Shown here: positions 29,263 to 40,167 of the stretch, one piece after another
Numbering within the stretch: the first letter of the stretch is position 1
How the letters are laid out: each line of letters starts with the position of its first letter
Made by a program: the position numbers and the translations under genes
From: a virus
IMG/VR virus record: IMGVR_UViG_3300009183_006007
Coordinates: 11,197 to 75,196 of that record
Direction: 5' to 3' (one strand)
DNA: 64,000 nt
Notes under the pieces: generated by a model
The model's input: the letters and a program-made list of their open reading frames with translations, nothing else
Told to the model about the DNA's origin: nothing
Database searches by the model: none

Positions 29263-29904
29263 ATGATAAAGATATGTATAAAATGCAAGAAGGAAAAAGA
29301 GTTGGAACTTTTTGTAAAAGCTAAAAACTCTTGTAAAGAATGTGAGAAGGAATATAAGAGAAATCACAGAGAAAAAAATAAAGAAAAAATAAAAGAAAGT
29401 GCTTCTAAATATTATGAGAGTAATAAAGATTCTATCTTAGAAAGAGTTGCTAATAATTATTCCAACAACAAAGAGAAAAAACTTAAGTATCAAAAGGAAT
29501 ATGCATCCTTAAATAAAGAGAAGATTTCTGCTTACAAGATGGAATATCAGAGAAATAGAAGACTTAGTGATCCTGTTTACAAATTGAAATATGTTGTTGG
29601 TCGTTTAATAAGAAACTCACTTAAATGTAAGGGGTTATCTAAAAATAAACGTTCTAAAGACATTTTGGGATGTTCTATAGAATTTTTTAAAGTTTATATA
29701 GAAGAGAAGTTTATAGATGATATGTCTTGGGATAATTATGGTACTAATTGGGATATAGACCATAAAATACCATTAGCAACTGCAATAACAGAGGAAGATG
29801 TATTAAAATTAAATCACTATACAAATCTACAACCATTGGATTCATACATAAATAGAAATGTTAAACGTGATAAAGTAGATTTCTATAAAACTTTTAATAA
29901 ATAA
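29263..29904 (+). CDS. HNH homing-endonuclease-like protein
   Basis: N-terminal CxxC...CxxC; MSWDNYG, WDIDHKIPL and HYTNLQPL..N motifs. Confidence 0.82.
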   Translation: MIKICIKCKKEKELELFVKAKNSCKECEKEYKRNHREKNKEKIKESASKYYESNKDSILERVANNYSNNKEKKLKYQKEYASLNKEKISAYKMEYQRNRRLSDPVYKLKYVVGRLIRNSLKCKGLSKNKRSKDILGCSIEFFKVYIEEKFIDDMSWDNYGTNWDIDHKIPLATAITEEDVLKLNHYTNLQPLDSYINRNVKRDKVDFYKTFNK

Positions 29905-29942
29905 AAAATATAATCAATAGATATAAAAATAAAAACAAAGAG

Positions 29943-30872
29943 ATGAGTCTTAAAGATAAAATATTTAAAAATAATAAAACTGGAGAAGTTGTAAAAGTTA
30001 TCGATTCGTTTGAAAACATTGCTATTCTTGAAAATAGAGATAAAGCTGATGTTAGTAGACTTATGAATCCGGAATTTTATACCGAACAAATAGATCCATC
30101 AACTTTCTTTAATAACCAAGGTTCTTATAACTTACTAGCAGATAAAATTAAAAATATACCAGCTGATAAAATCAGAGATGATGAAGGTGGAGAAGTTATG
30201 ATTAATATAGATGGTAATAATTCATCAAGTTCTGTTAGACCATCTACTGATGAAAGTGCTATAGTTATGGTATCTGAAGAAGATGAAAGAGCTGAGTTAG
30301 CTAGAAAGTATAATGTTGATACCTCTCAAAATGAGGTTGCTAAACAAAATCAAGCCTTTGCTAAACTATTAGGTGAAGAAGAGGAAGTTCAAACTATTGA
30401 AGTAAATAGAGAACAACCTCAACCAGTTCAACAAAGACCTCAGGTTCAATCACAACCTATTCAACCAGTTGCTCAAGTAGAAGATCCTATTATTACAATG
30501 TTTAAGAATGTTAAAAGAATAAAAGATTTTTCAATATCTCTTGAAATAAAAAATAAAATTCCAAGACCTGACTTTATTGAAATGATGGAAGATTCATATA
30601 ATACAAGTATTATTGATTTCCTGGCATCTGAATTTACAGATAACTTACTTAGAAATCCACAAATCATAGAAGATATGATTAGACAGAAGATTAAAGAGGT
30701 TGTTTACGGTGCTGAAGTTGGAGTTAAAGATGTTAATCCACAGATTACTGATTCAGTTACTCAGGTTGAACACGAACCTCTTAGTATTGAAAAGGAACCT
30801 GTTTTATCAAAAGACCTTCCTAAAAAAACAACTACTAGAAAACCTAGAGCTAAAAAAGAAGTTTCTAAATAA
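29943..30872 (+). CDS. hypothetical protein with Q/P-rich linker and basic tail
   Basis: 309-aa ORF. Confidence 0.72.
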   Translation: MSLKDKIFKNNKTGEVVKVIDSFENIAILENRDKADVSRLMNPEFYTEQIDPSTFFNNQGSYNLLADKIKNIPADKIRDDEGGEVMINIDGNNSSSSVRPSTDESAIVMVSEEDERAELARKYNVDTSQNEVAKQNQAFAKLLGEEEEVQTIEVNREQPQPVQQRPQVQSQPIQPVAQVEDPIITMFKNVKRIKDFSISLEIKNKIPRPDFIEMMEDSYNTSIIDFLASEFTDNLLRNPQIIEDMIRQKIKEVVYGAEVGVKDVNPQITDSVTQVEHEPLSIEKEPVLSKDLPKKTTTRKPRAKKEVSK

Positions 30873-31267
30873 TGATTGATGAAAAATATCTAAAAGTAGC
30901 TATAAATATAAGAAGAACATATTTAAAACTAATTAATAATCTAGATTTATATAAAAAAATAGCAGACTCAATTTCTAAAAAATTAATCGAGACAGTAAAA
31001 GATATTGAAGATATCGAAAAAGATTACATTGATAAAAAAATTAATGATGAGCAATCTTTACAAAAAGCTTTATCTATTTTAAGTAGTGTTGAGAAAGAAG
31101 GTAAAAGATTGGAAGAAGCTATAGATCCAATAAATATAGAGATAGAAAAATTAGCAAAAGAAGAACAAGAATTATTTCGACAAATAGTTGAACGACATTC
31201 TAACTTATCACAAGACCAAATAGTCTCAATAGTAAGAGATAGATTAATAAAAGAGGGACTTTCTTAA
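30872..31267 (+). CDS. coiled-coil hypothetical protein
   Basis: 131-aa ORF. Confidence 0.68.
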   Translation: MIDEKYLKVAINIRRTYLKLINNLDLYKKIADSISKKLIETVKDIEDIEKDYIDKKINDEQSLQKALSILSSVEKEGKRLEEAIDPINIEIEKLAKEEQELFRQIVERHSNLSQDQIVSIVRDRLIKEGLS

Positions 31268-31317
31268 TAAGAAGGTTTCTTTTTTTTATATATAATTCAA
31301 AAGATTCTATCTCATAA

Positions 31318-33279
31318 ATGGCAAAAATTTCCAAATATATTAAACTGGACAAGAATATTCTTTTAGAATATATTTATAATGAAGGTAACTTACTTAGCGA
31401 ACCATATAACATACTTGTAGATTCTAGAGATAGAAGACAATCATATATGGCTGCTGGTGATTCAGCAACCGGAAATGGCGTAGGTAATCAATTATTTAAA
31501 GTTGATAGTGTATCTGGTAAATATGCTAAAGTAAATCCAGACTATTATTCATTTTTACAAGTTAAAGATTACACATCAGGAACCCCAGTTAGACACGATA
31601 CTTTAAAGTTTCACTTACCTATTAACTGGACATTTGGAGAGTATTTAGGATTCTATGTTAGAATCTATGGATTCGATACATCAAATACAAGAATATATGA
31701 CTTATGTAACTTTTACTTTGATATGACTGATATTAGTCAACAATATTTATTGAACTTTACATCACCACCTCTTTTATTTCAAGAAAAATTATGGGGTAAA
31801 AATGTTCAAATTGATATACCTGCATTAAATGATTTATCATCACAGAGAGTAAATAACTCACCTAAAGAGAATAGTATAAATGCTAACTTAACAGGAGGTG
31901 TTGGGTTAAATATGACTTCTCCCGTTTTTATAGATTTTCATTTTGTTAAAAATATTCAGACTATAAATGCAGTTACTAGTTATTTATTAACACCTAAGGT
32001 AACATCAACAATACCACAAACTCCAGAGTTTGAAAGACTAGGACTTGTAATTCAACATTCTCCAAATGGTGACTTCTTTGAAATATTTGGAACCTATAAT
32101 AATACGATTTCAGGATTTAATCAATTTATAGATGAGTCTTATAATATTGGTCATAGATACTATGTTCAATATAATGTAACAATGTATGAGCAAAATATTA
32201 GAGGTAAGACTACAACAGTTACTCAACATGAGAATTTTAATGAAACAGTTGAATACAGACCTATTATAAAATATTCAACAACAACAGCTATAATTGATGT
32301 AGAGATGAGATTAATAGATGCTGTTGATGATTCTTATATTTTAAGAAGAGCTTCTTATGGTATGTTACAGGATGAAGTTGCTAAGTATTCATTAAGAATG
32401 ATGAAGATTAATTTAGTAAATGCTTCTAAACCAAAGATTTATAATATTAAAGCTAGTATTGATCCGTCACTAGTTGGATTCTCAAACTCAATGGGTAGAA
32501 TAACAAAACCAATTTCTCAGTCAAAAGCTGTGAGTGGTATTATCGCAGGTGGTGGGAATGGTTCAAATGGAAATGGAACAGGAAATGGAACAGGAAATGG
32601 AACAGGAAATGGGTCAGGATCATCTAATGTTACTATTCAAACTGTTAAGGTTCCTTTCCCGGTTCTTACTGAGAAATTTAATATTATAGGTAAGTCGGAT
32701 AACGCAATTGTTAATAAAACAACTTTCTTTGGACTAGGCAAAATAACTATAGTAATATATCCATTTGATAATGTTATCAAATTTGTATTGGCTGATGGAA
32801 CACCAACAACTCCAAACTATCTTAATATGACAGGGTTAGGTGAGATAAGATTAGTATTTAAAAATACAACTGATATTGTTGAAATACCATTATATTCAGA
32901 AACTGAAATAAATTTAGAGATAGGTCAAATTGCATTTAAAATAACAGAAAGTAAAATATCAACTTTAAGAAAAATAGAAAACTCAGGAATTAACATATTC
33001 TATATAACTGCAACTAATCAAGGGTTATCAACTGCTATCTATACAGGATTGTATAAATTATATGATAGTATAAATAATGCTAGTCAACTTAATGCTGAAG
33101 CTCCTTCAAGTAGCTCGAATCCAAGTATTATTAAAGATCCTAATTTACCATCAGAAACTGCAATAGTTACTAGAAGAAAAATAGGAACTGAAAGCAAGCC
33201 TGTTGTTAAACCAGGTTCTATTTCAAGTTCTGTTAAAAATACAATTAGTACAGCCATTAATAAAAATAATAATTTATAA
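31318..33279 (+). CDS. probable virion structural protein (beta-rich)
   Basis: 653 aa, N/T/S-rich, GNGT linker, TATATA box upstream, adjacent to a tube-like gene. Confidence 0.55.
   Translation: MAKISKYIKLDKNILLEYIYNEGNLLSEPYNILVDSRDRRQSYMAAGDSATGNGVGNQLFKVDSVSGKYAKVNPDYYSFLQVKDYTSGTPVRHDTLKFHLPINWTFGEYLGFYVRIYGFDTSNTRIYDLCNFYFDMTDISQQYLLNFTSPPLLFQEKLWGKNVQIDIPALNDLSSQRVNNSPKENSINANLTGGVGLNMTSPVFIDFHFVKNIQTINAVTSYLLTPKVTSTIPQTPEFERLGLVIQHSPNGDFFEIFGTYNNTISGFNQFIDESYNIGHRYYVQYNVTMYEQNIRGKTTTVTQHENFNETVEYRPIIKYSTTTAIIDVEMRLIDAVDDSYILRRASYGMLQDEVAKYSLRMMKINLVNASKPKIYNIKASIDPSLVGFSNSMGRITKPISQSKAVSGIIAGGGNGSNGNGTGNGTGNGTGNGSGSSNVTIQTVKVPFPVLTEKFNIIGKSDNAIVNKTTFFGLGKITIVIYPFDNVIKFVLADGTPTTPNYLNMTGLGEIRLVFKNTTDIVEIPLYSETEINLEIGQIAFKITESKISTLRKIENSGINIFYITATNQGLSTAIYTGLYKLYDSINNASQLNAEAPSSSSNPSIIKDPNLPSETAIVTRRKIGTESKPVVKPGSISSSVKNTISTAINKNNNL
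32569..32612 (+). repeat. 12-bp tandem repeat GGAAATGGAACA x3.7 (GNGT linker)
   Basis: Read directly from the sequence. Confidence 0.9.
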
Positions 33280-33878
33280 TGAGATTAAGTAGTCAGGGTA
33301 GTCAGTTCGTTTTTAATCTTCCAAGTGATTTTCTCAAACCAGAGGTACTTGCAACATATACTCCAATTTTAGAAAAGAATTGGGTTCAATATGAGAATGT
33401 TATAGATTATATTAATTCGACAATTAAGTCGGTTAATTTCCCAGGTATCTCATTTGATATGCCTAAACAAACATTAATCAGAGGTAAGGAAAGACAATAC
33501 AAACCAGCAAAGAATGTTCAGGATATCACAACTACACACGATTTAACAATTACTTTTAGATCAGTAGATTCTGATTTAAATTATTGGTTAGTTTTTGATA
33601 TTATTAATAAACATTATTTAGATGTTGAAAACTCATTTGTATTTCCATTTACAATTACTTGTGTTGATATACATAGAGATGGTATTTATGTTATTAGATT
33701 TTATGAAATTATATTAAAATCATTATCTGAGAATAACTTTAATTACTCTCAACAAAAGGTGAGCTCTAAAGAATTCACAATGACATTTCATTTTAACTTC
33801 TATGATATTGAATTCTTACTTAATAGAAGTAAGATATTGGAATTGGGCACATTACCAATAATTATTCAGAAGCTCTAA
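33279..33878 (+). CDS. tail-tube-fold protein (T4 gp19/gp3/gp54-like)
   Basis: SVNFPGISF, DLTITF, LSENNFNY and FTMTFHFN pattern. Confidence 0.55.
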   Translation: MRLSSQGSQFVFNLPSDFLKPEVLATYTPILEKNWVQYENVIDYINSTIKSVNFPGISFDMPKQTLIRGKERQYKPAKNVQDITTTHDLTITFRSVDSDLNYWLVFDIINKHYLDVENSFVFPFTITCVDIHRDGIYVIRFYEIILKSLSENNFNYSQQKVSSKEFTMTFHFNFYDIEFLLNRSKILELGTLPIIIQKL

Positions 33879-34086
33879 ATATTTTATTAATAGAGTTCTT
33901 TCTTCTTTTATTTCTTGATTCTAATCCTAAGCTTTTTAGAATTTCCATGTCAATAGATTTTGATAATTCATCTGATAACATTTTACTCAGTTCATCAACA
34001 ACATCAAGTCCATAATGTTCACTTAATTTATCTGCTTCCGAATTTGAGTAGATTTCACCACCGGATCCTGTTTTAATTTGATTCAT
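33862..34086 (-). CDS. small hypothetical protein with RKNSINKIF tag
   Basis: 74-aa ORF at the end of the glycan operon. Confidence 0.6.
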   Translation of the reverse strand: MNQIKTGSGGEIYSNSEADKLSEHYGLDVVDELSKMLSDELSKSIDMEILKSLGLESRNKRRKNSINKIFRASE

Positions 34087-35179
34087 TTGATAGTTCTTTT
34101 TTTACTCTACTTAGAGATGATCCAATTATCTGATGCATGTCATAATATTTATACTCAGATAATCTACCTCCAAATATTATATTTGGATACTGTTCACTTA
34201 ATTTTTTATATTGGTTATAAATTTTATTATTTTTATCATCATTTATTGGATAAAATGGAACACAACTTCTATTATAATCTAAAGGATATTCTTTTGTTAT
34301 CCAAGTAACATTTGATTTTGAATTTTCAAAATGTTTATGTTCTGTAATTCTTGTATATGGTACTTCCTCTGATGTATAATTTACAATTGAACATCCTTGA
34401 AAATCTTCTTTATCTAATTTCTCATTAATAAATCTAAGAGATCTATATTCCAATTCACCAAATTGATAGTCAAAAAACTCATCAATCTTACCAGTGAATA
34501 CTATTTTTTTAGCCATAGAATTAAAATATTCTTTATTAGAGAAATAATTATTACTTAATCTAACTTCAATCCCTTCAAGTAGTTTTTCAAATATTTTTGT
34601 ATATCCACCAATCGGTATACCCTGATATTTATCAAAGAAGTAATTATCATCAAAGTTAGTTCTGATAGGTAGTCTTTTAATAATTGAAGATGGTAAATTC
34701 TTAGGATGTTTACCCCATTGTTTTTTAGTATATCCTTTTATAAATATTTCATAAATATCTCTACCAACTTGTGATAATATCCAATCTTCAAGATTATAAG
34801 GACTTTCACAAGGAATTGAAACTTCTTTAAGTTTTTCTTTTGCTTCTTCAGGTGTATTAACACCCCATATCTGATTTAGAGTTAAAAGATTAATAGGAAA
34901 TGAATATACTTTATCTTCAAATTTAACCTTTGGGTTGTGTTTATAAGGATGGAATTCACAAAATTGATTTATCCAATTCCATATTACTTTATCATTTGTA
35001 TGAAAAATATGAGGACCATAAGTATGTATGTTTATATTATCCTTTTCTTCTGTATAGCAGTTACCAGCAATATGGTCTCTACCTTCAATAACTAAACATT
35101 TTTTACCTAACTTATTCATCTCATAAGCAAATGTTGATCCAAATAATCCAGATCCAACTATTAAATAATCATACATCAT
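34073..35179 (-). CDS. glf: UDP-galactopyranose mutase
   Basis: IVGSGLFG, YGPHIFHT, YTKKQWG, LEYRSL and GRLSEYKYYDMHQ motifs. Confidence 0.96.
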   Translation of the reverse strand: MMYDYLIVGSGLFGSTFAYEMNKLGKKCLVIEGRDHIAGNCYTEEKDNINIHTYGPHIFHTNDKVIWNWINQFCEFHPYKHNPKVKFEDKVYSFPINLLTLNQIWGVNTPEEAKEKLKEVSIPCESPYNLEDWILSQVGRDIYEIFIKGYTKKQWGKHPKNLPSSIIKRLPIRTNFDDNYFFDKYQGIPIGGYTKIFEKLLEGIEVRLSNNYFSNKEYFNSMAKKIVFTGKIDEFFDYQFGELEYRSLRFINEKLDKEDFQGCSIVNYTSEEVPYTRITEHKHFENSKSNVTWITKEYPLDYNRSCVPFYPINDDKNNKIYNQYKKLSEQYPNIIFGGRLSEYKYYDMHQIIGSSLSRVKKELSNESN

Positions 35180-35786
35180 ATTTTGTTTTAAAATTTTTAT
35201 TGAATAGGTATGTCCAAACTCTCTCCATTACCCAAGGCATTTTATTACCTTGAGTACCACCACCTCCACCGGTGTTAATGTTATCAATATCTGTTCTATC
35301 AAATTCTTTTAATAAGTCTTCATAGAATTCTTTTTTTCTTCTTAAAATTGCTGACTTTTTAACAATAAACTGAGCACCTACAACAAATACTAAATACTCT
35401 GGATAATTATTAAAAAACTTATCAAATATTATTTCTCTAACTTCCAACTTTGGATGGTGAGGATTACCATCTAAATCACATTGTAATAAATAACTTAAAG
35501 GGTAAAATTCAACATCTTCATTAAAATTTTGAATAAAGTCAGTATCTTTATTCAAATGTCCTTTTACACCATCGAATGGGTTTCCTTGTAAAAAACAAGT
35601 ATAATCAGATAGATTATCATAATTTTCTATTATATGTGTTAGGTATGTATGTGCTTCTCTTCCAAAATTTGGTAAGTTTATAAAACCATTATCTTCACCA
35701 CTTTTATCGTATATAAATAACCTAGACTTATCAAACTTGGATACCCAAGACATATCTTCTTTATATTTAGCAACTACTATATCCAC
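35169..35786 (-). CDS. DUF3431-like putative glycosyltransferase
   Basis: IVVAKYKED, NFGREAHTYLTHII, FLQGNPF, GAQFIV and ERVW motifs. Confidence 0.75.
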   Translation of the reverse strand: MDIVVAKYKEDMSWVSKFDKSRLFIYDKSGEDNGFINLPNFGREAHTYLTHIIENYDNLSDYTCFLQGNPFDGVKGHLNKDTDFIQNFNEDVEFYPLSYLLQCDLDGNPHHPKLEVREIIFDKFFNNYPEYLVFVVGAQFIVKKSAILRRKKEFYEDLLKEFDRTDIDNINTGGGGGTQGNKMPWVMERVWTYLFNKNFKTKYDV

Positions 35787-35797
35787 TTTTCCACAAA

Positions 35798-36484
35798 TTA
35801 TTTTTTTTCATATAACTCTTTAGGATAACTTTGTTGATAGTGATCCACATTTGAACGCCAAGCATTATGATATTTAGCATCCGGTAATTGACAAAGCCAC
35901 ATCTCAGCCATCATCCTCCATCTCACACAATCACTATCAGGTAACCAATTATAGGGACTTGGTAGATTCTTAATGTGAGAAGATTTACTCCACCAGAAGT
36001 TACCACTATAATGAACAGGAGCTTTTCCATAACCCCACCAAGATGGATGTGAGTTTATGTCATCAGGATTACCACCTAAATTAACACCTGAGGTATCATT
36101 AGATTCTAAATCTTTAACTCTATCACTCCACTTATTAATATTAAAGTATGATAAGTAATTAGTCCAGTCTTCTATTGTTTTAACACCCGGTTTAGTTACT
36201 CCTTTTGTGTGTAGATATAAAATATCAAATTCTTCATTTTTTGAATGTTCATGTATGATATCCAATGTGGGAAATTCACATTTAGATATATCTGAGTTAG
36301 AATCAATTATAACATATTTCTCACTAACTAGATTAAATGATAACAGGCTTCTATCACCATTAAAAACTAAATATATCTTATTAGCAGAATCATATAAACC
36401 ACTTTGTTTAATTCTTGTTAATAAGTTCCAAAGAACTTGATTAACACTTCCAACCATTGATACATTTATATAAATATTAATCAT
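35798..36484 (-). CDS. putative glycosyltransferase (YLHTKG family)
   Basis: EFPTL, LYLHTKG, HYSGNFWW and AEMW motifs; start moved to MINIY to limit overlap. Confidence 0.65.
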   Translation of the reverse strand: MINIYINVSMVGSVNQVLWNLLTRIKQSGLYDSANKIYLVFNGDRSLLSFNLVSEKYVIIDSNSDISKCEFPTLDIIHEHSKNEEFDILYLHTKGVTKPGVKTIEDWTNYLSYFNINKWSDRVKDLESNDTSGVNLGGNPDDINSHPSWWGYGKAPVHYSGNFWWSKSSHIKNLPSPYNWLPDSDCVRWRMMAEMWLCQLPDAKYHNAWRSNVDHYQQSYPKELYEKK

Positions 36485-37247
36485 TCTCTGTAATATATTT
36501 CTCAACTCTATTATATCTCTCAATATTCGGTAGACCCCAAACATCCATATCGGAATTCCATTGTCTAGTATACCACATATGTATTCCAATATCTTCAGAA
36601 TCTTCAGTTAATCTTGGATTTGTAGATTTAAATCTCTCATCAAAGTGTGGGTATAGATAATCAAATTTACAACCTAAATCTTTCATTAACCATAAAAATG
36701 CATAATATGGTTCTTGTTCTGATTCAAAATTTGAATCAGCAAACTTTCTATGATTATATACAAAATCATTTTTATACTCTTCTTTAAATTTCAAATTTGC
36801 ATTATTAAACCATAAATAATTTTTACCATCATAGGTTCCTAATTGATATTTCAGACTCTTTAAGTCTATATTTATTCTTTTTATATCAGAGACTCTACCA
36901 CACATAAAAAATGTATTAATAGCAACTCCATTAGCTCCTCTGAAATGATGGTATCCATCAGAGCATCCAATTAAGTCTATATTATTAGACTCCATTGAAT
37001 TAATAACTTTTAAAACTTCATCCTTACTTGTTATGAAGAAGTCTTCGTCTATGTGTATGTAATATTTTTTATTTGATTTTTTAACCTCATCTATCCAATA
37101 AAACCAAGAGTTGGGCCAATTTCCACTACCATTAACTATTATATGTTGGCTTTCTGGGAATAAATTTTTAATTATACCAGATTGGTGTTCTAACCATTTT
37201 GTATATAAAGTGGTTGTTACAAAAACTATATCTTTATCTTTTATCAT
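36477..37247 (-). CDS. putative GT-A fold glycosyltransferase
   Basis: IHIDED (DxD) and late HMWY motif; operon context. Confidence 0.6.
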   Translation of the reverse strand: MIKDKDIVFVTTTLYTKWLEHQSGIIKNLFPESQHIIVNGSGNWPNSWFYWIDEVKKSNKKYYIHIDEDFFITSKDEVLKVINSMESNNIDLIGCSDGYHHFRGANGVAINTFFMCGRVSDIKRINIDLKSLKYQLGTYDGKNYLWFNNANLKFKEEYKNDFVYNHRKFADSNFESEQEPYYAFLWLMKDLGCKFDYLYPHFDERFKSTNPRLTEDSEDIGIHMWYTRQWNSDMDVWGLPNIERYNRVEKYITEND

Positions 37248-38035
37248 ATTTTTATCCAGTTACTTGGTAATATATCACTTTCATTTAGATTAGTTTGAAA
37301 TCCAAACCAATTATTAGGAGCAATAACCTTTTTATTTGGATTCGAGTTTAACCAAGCACCCCACCAACTAAATGATGAGTTTGCTATTATATTATTCTTA
37401 CACATTGACATAAGCCAAAGGTCTTCAACATCATCAAATCCTTCCATAAATATCATATTATTAAATGTTAGATTGTCTTTACACCATTGAATATCATCTG
37501 AGAATACAAATATGTAATCATACTCTCCAATAATATCTAATGCTTTTTTATAATACTCAATGGATTGAACTGGATGATACCCATTTGATGTTACATAGTC
37601 TGTTCTTCTAACATGAAGTGAAACTACATTTGTATCTATAAAGGGTGTTAGGTTTAACTTTTTTAATATCTCATCAGAAGGAGATAAATCTTTTCTTATC
37701 AAATCAGATGATTCTAAAAAGTATTTTTCAGATTGCCAATATCCATCTAAGTAATAATTATAATTATTATCATAACTCAACTCATTAAATTTAAAATTAT
37801 CACTTAGTTTTTGAAAGTTTTTGCCATTTGATAAATTAGATGGATTGAATGCTGATGTATTAATATTAGGAAACTTGGATAATGAATAGTTTCTTTTTGT
37901 AGTTCCTGGTATATGTTGATTATAAAAACTCAAATCAATGTATAATTCAACATTATATTTATTTGATAGATTTCTACCATAAGCCCATTGGAATAACTGG
38001 TTTGCTAATCCACCTTGTAATTTAGTTATTATCAT
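37244..38035 (-). CDS. alpha-1,2-fucosyltransferase (GT11)
   Basis: GGLANQLFQ, GYWQSEKYF, HVRRTDY, FSDDIQWC and ANSSFSWWGAWL motifs. Confidence 0.93.
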   Translation of the reverse strand: MIITKLQGGLANQLFQWAYGRNLSNKYNVELYIDLSFYNQHIPGTTKRNYSLSKFPNINTSAFNPSNLSNGKNFQKLSDNFKFNELSYDNNYNYYLDGYWQSEKYFLESSDLIRKDLSPSDEILKKLNLTPFIDTNVVSLHVRRTDYVTSNGYHPVQSIEYYKKALDIIGEYDYIFVFSDDIQWCKDNLTFNNMIFMEGFDDVEDLWLMSMCKNNIIANSSFSWWGAWLNSNPNKKVIAPNNWFGFQTNLNESDILPSNWIKI

Positions 38036-38040
38036 TTTAA

Positions 38041-38667
38041 TTAGTTAATTTTAGTAGCTATGCTATTATGTGGTGTATAACTTGTACCATTTGATACCTT
38101 ATATCCTAAATTTTCTAAAAAGTTAGACATATCTACTGCATCGATATGCATGTTCTCATAGTATATTTTACTAACATTAAAATTATCAAAGTCAATGCTT
38201 TTAATGATTTTAGAATCAAATCCTTCAGCATCAATAAAAAGAATATCAATATTTTTTAACTCATACTTATTAAAGAGTTCATTTATTGTAGAACAATTAA
38301 CTTCCATTTCTATCAATTGTACATCATATGGCTTATCGGATGTATATTCTGGTCTATTAAAAACTTTATTTATATGAGATTTTAACAGAGAAGCTTGTTC
38401 AACATTTTCATCCATTTTTTCATGTAAGTAAAATACTTCACTTTTTTTATCTACATCATCTGTTATTGCTATATTTTCAATAGATAAATTATCTATATCT
38501 TCATAACACTTCAAAAGACTTTCATTAAATTTACTCATAGGTTCTACTAATATAAGTTTACTAACAGAAATATCTTTTATTATACTTGTCAATTCATCAT
38601 TTCCTCTATTTGCTCCAATTTGTACTACTATCATTTCTTTTATTATTTTTTTGCTAAAATCCAACAA
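38041..38667 (-). CDS. FkbM-family methyltransferase
   Basis: QIGANRG, LVEP and IDAEGFD motifs. Confidence 0.85.
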   Translation of the reverse strand: MLDFSKKIIKEMIVVQIGANRGNDELTSIIKDISVSKLILVEPMSKFNESLLKCYEDIDNLSIENIAITDDVDKKSEVFYLHEKMDENVEQASLLKSHINKVFNRPEYTSDKPYDVQLIEMEVNCSTINELFNKYELKNIDILFIDAEGFDSKIIKSIDFDNFNVSKIYYENMHIDAVDMSNFLENLGYKVSNGTSYTPHNSIATKIN

Positions 38668-39350
38668 TTAACAACATTTCTTTCCTCATTTTTAATACCA
38701 TATTCTGATAAGTCTTTATAACCTGGCCACTGATGATTTGAAAATAATTTTGTTATATATTCATAATTACCCCATTGACCAACTTCTAAAACTTCAAATC
38801 CACATGACTTAAATAACATTGTTAAACCTATAGGTGTAAATCCATTAAAATATATAGGCATTGAATGTGGTATATTTATTGTCGGAACACTTGTAAAAAC
38901 ATATCCACCTTTAACTAAACTATTATAAATATTTTTAACTGCTATAAATGGATTATATAGATGCTCTAATGTTTGATTAAATAAAAAGAAGTCATACTTT
39001 TCAATATCATTAATCTCATGTAAATCACCAGAAAAATCAGATGTGTTATATTCAATTAATTTCGAATTAGAATATTTTAATAATTTTATCTCAGGATCAT
39101 CATCGTATGTATATGCTAAATTTTCGGAAATTATATTATACTTTTCAATCCAATCTTTGAAGTCTAAAATTGTTCTAACTCTAGTATAATCACGAGTGTC
39201 CCATTTATAATATGGGTGTGAAAAAATCTCATCTAAAAAATTAATTACATTAGAATCTAAAATATCATATTTTGATAAGTAATTATTATTCTTTTTTACT
39301 AAGTTGTATATTTCTTTAATTTCTTTTTCTGTAAATTTTTTAAATTCCAT
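38643..39350 (-). CDS. class I SAM methyltransferase-like protein
   Basis: QTLEHLYNP..LVKGGYVFTSVP. Confidence 0.7.
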   Translation of the reverse strand: MEFKKFTEKEIKEIYNLVKKNNNYLSKYDILDSNVINFLDEIFSHPYYKWDTRDYTRVRTILDFKDWIEKYNIISENLAYTYDDDPEIKLLKYSNSKLIEYNTSDFSGDLHEINDIEKYDFFLFNQTLEHLYNPFIAVKNIYNSLVKGGYVFTSVPTINIPHSMPIYFNGFTPIGLTMLFKSCGFEVLEVGQWGNYEYITKLFSNHQWPGYKDLSEYGIKNEERNVVNCWILAKK

Positions 39351-40164
39351 TATTTATATTTATAATTTTATTATAACAACCATCATAAGAAAAAAAATTG
39401 TTATATATTGATTTACCATTTATAATATAATTATCTATTTCAGAATCACTTTTTGACTTTAATATGTCATCAATTTTATCTAATTCACTTTCATGTATTA
39501 AAATTCCTATATTATTAAATTCAAATTCATTTTCAAATGGTATTAATGGATCATCATAAATATAAACTGGAATACTACCAGATTGTAAGGCCTCACAAAT
39601 TCTAAATGATGTTAGTCCATATCCACGAGGACAAAGAGAAAAAACACTTCTAGACATAACATCCTTAAATGTGTTATAATCAACTGAGTCTGAAATAAAA
39701 AAATCACCTTTTTTAAGATTTTGAAAAATAAAATCTCTTATTTTATGAGTTTTTCTTCCTATAAAAGAAGCAAAGATATTCTTTTCTCTACTCACAACTT
39801 CTCCTTGACAAATCAACGGAATTGCATAAGATTTTTCTTTGTAGTTACCCCAACCACCTTGACAAAATATTAAAATATCTAAATCAGATAAGTCGTTTAA
39901 TATATTATCATCATATTGAACAATTGTAAAATACTTTTTACTCCTATCAAGTCCATTTAATAAATTCTGTAACTCAGAAATATCTCCTTTTCCATAGTCT
40001 TTAGAAATATAATAGTTTGTCCAAAAAATAGGAATATAGATTCTATCTGATAATATATCAGATATTGAGTATTTATCATAAAAATATTCCTCAAATGTTT
40101 GATTATTACCAGGTGGATAAATTAAAATATTTCTTGGTCTAAGATTCTCACTAATTTCTAACAT
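39340..40164 (-). CDS. exostosin-family glycosyltransferase (GT47)
   Basis: SVFSLCPRGYGLTSFRICEALQSGSIPVYI. Confidence 0.85.
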   Translation of the reverse strand: MLEISENLRPRNILIYPPGNNQTFEEYFYDKYSISDILSDRIYIPIFWTNYYISKDYGKGDISELQNLLNGLDRSKKYFTIVQYDDNILNDLSDLDILIFCQGGWGNYKEKSYAIPLICQGEVVSREKNIFASFIGRKTHKIRDFIFQNLKKGDFFISDSVDYNTFKDVMSRSVFSLCPRGYGLTSFRICEALQSGSIPVYIYDDPLIPFENEFEFNNIGILIHESELDKIDDILKSKSDSEIDNYIINGKSIYNNFFSYDGCYNKIININNGI

Positions 40165-40167
40165 AAT

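Noticed and set aside
38643-39350. MEFKKFTE start (and MLIKFND at 43336) as members of the leader family
   Set aside because: The match is partial, the genes are internal to the glycan operon with no late box, and the similarity is compatible with chance in Lys/Phe-rich proteins.
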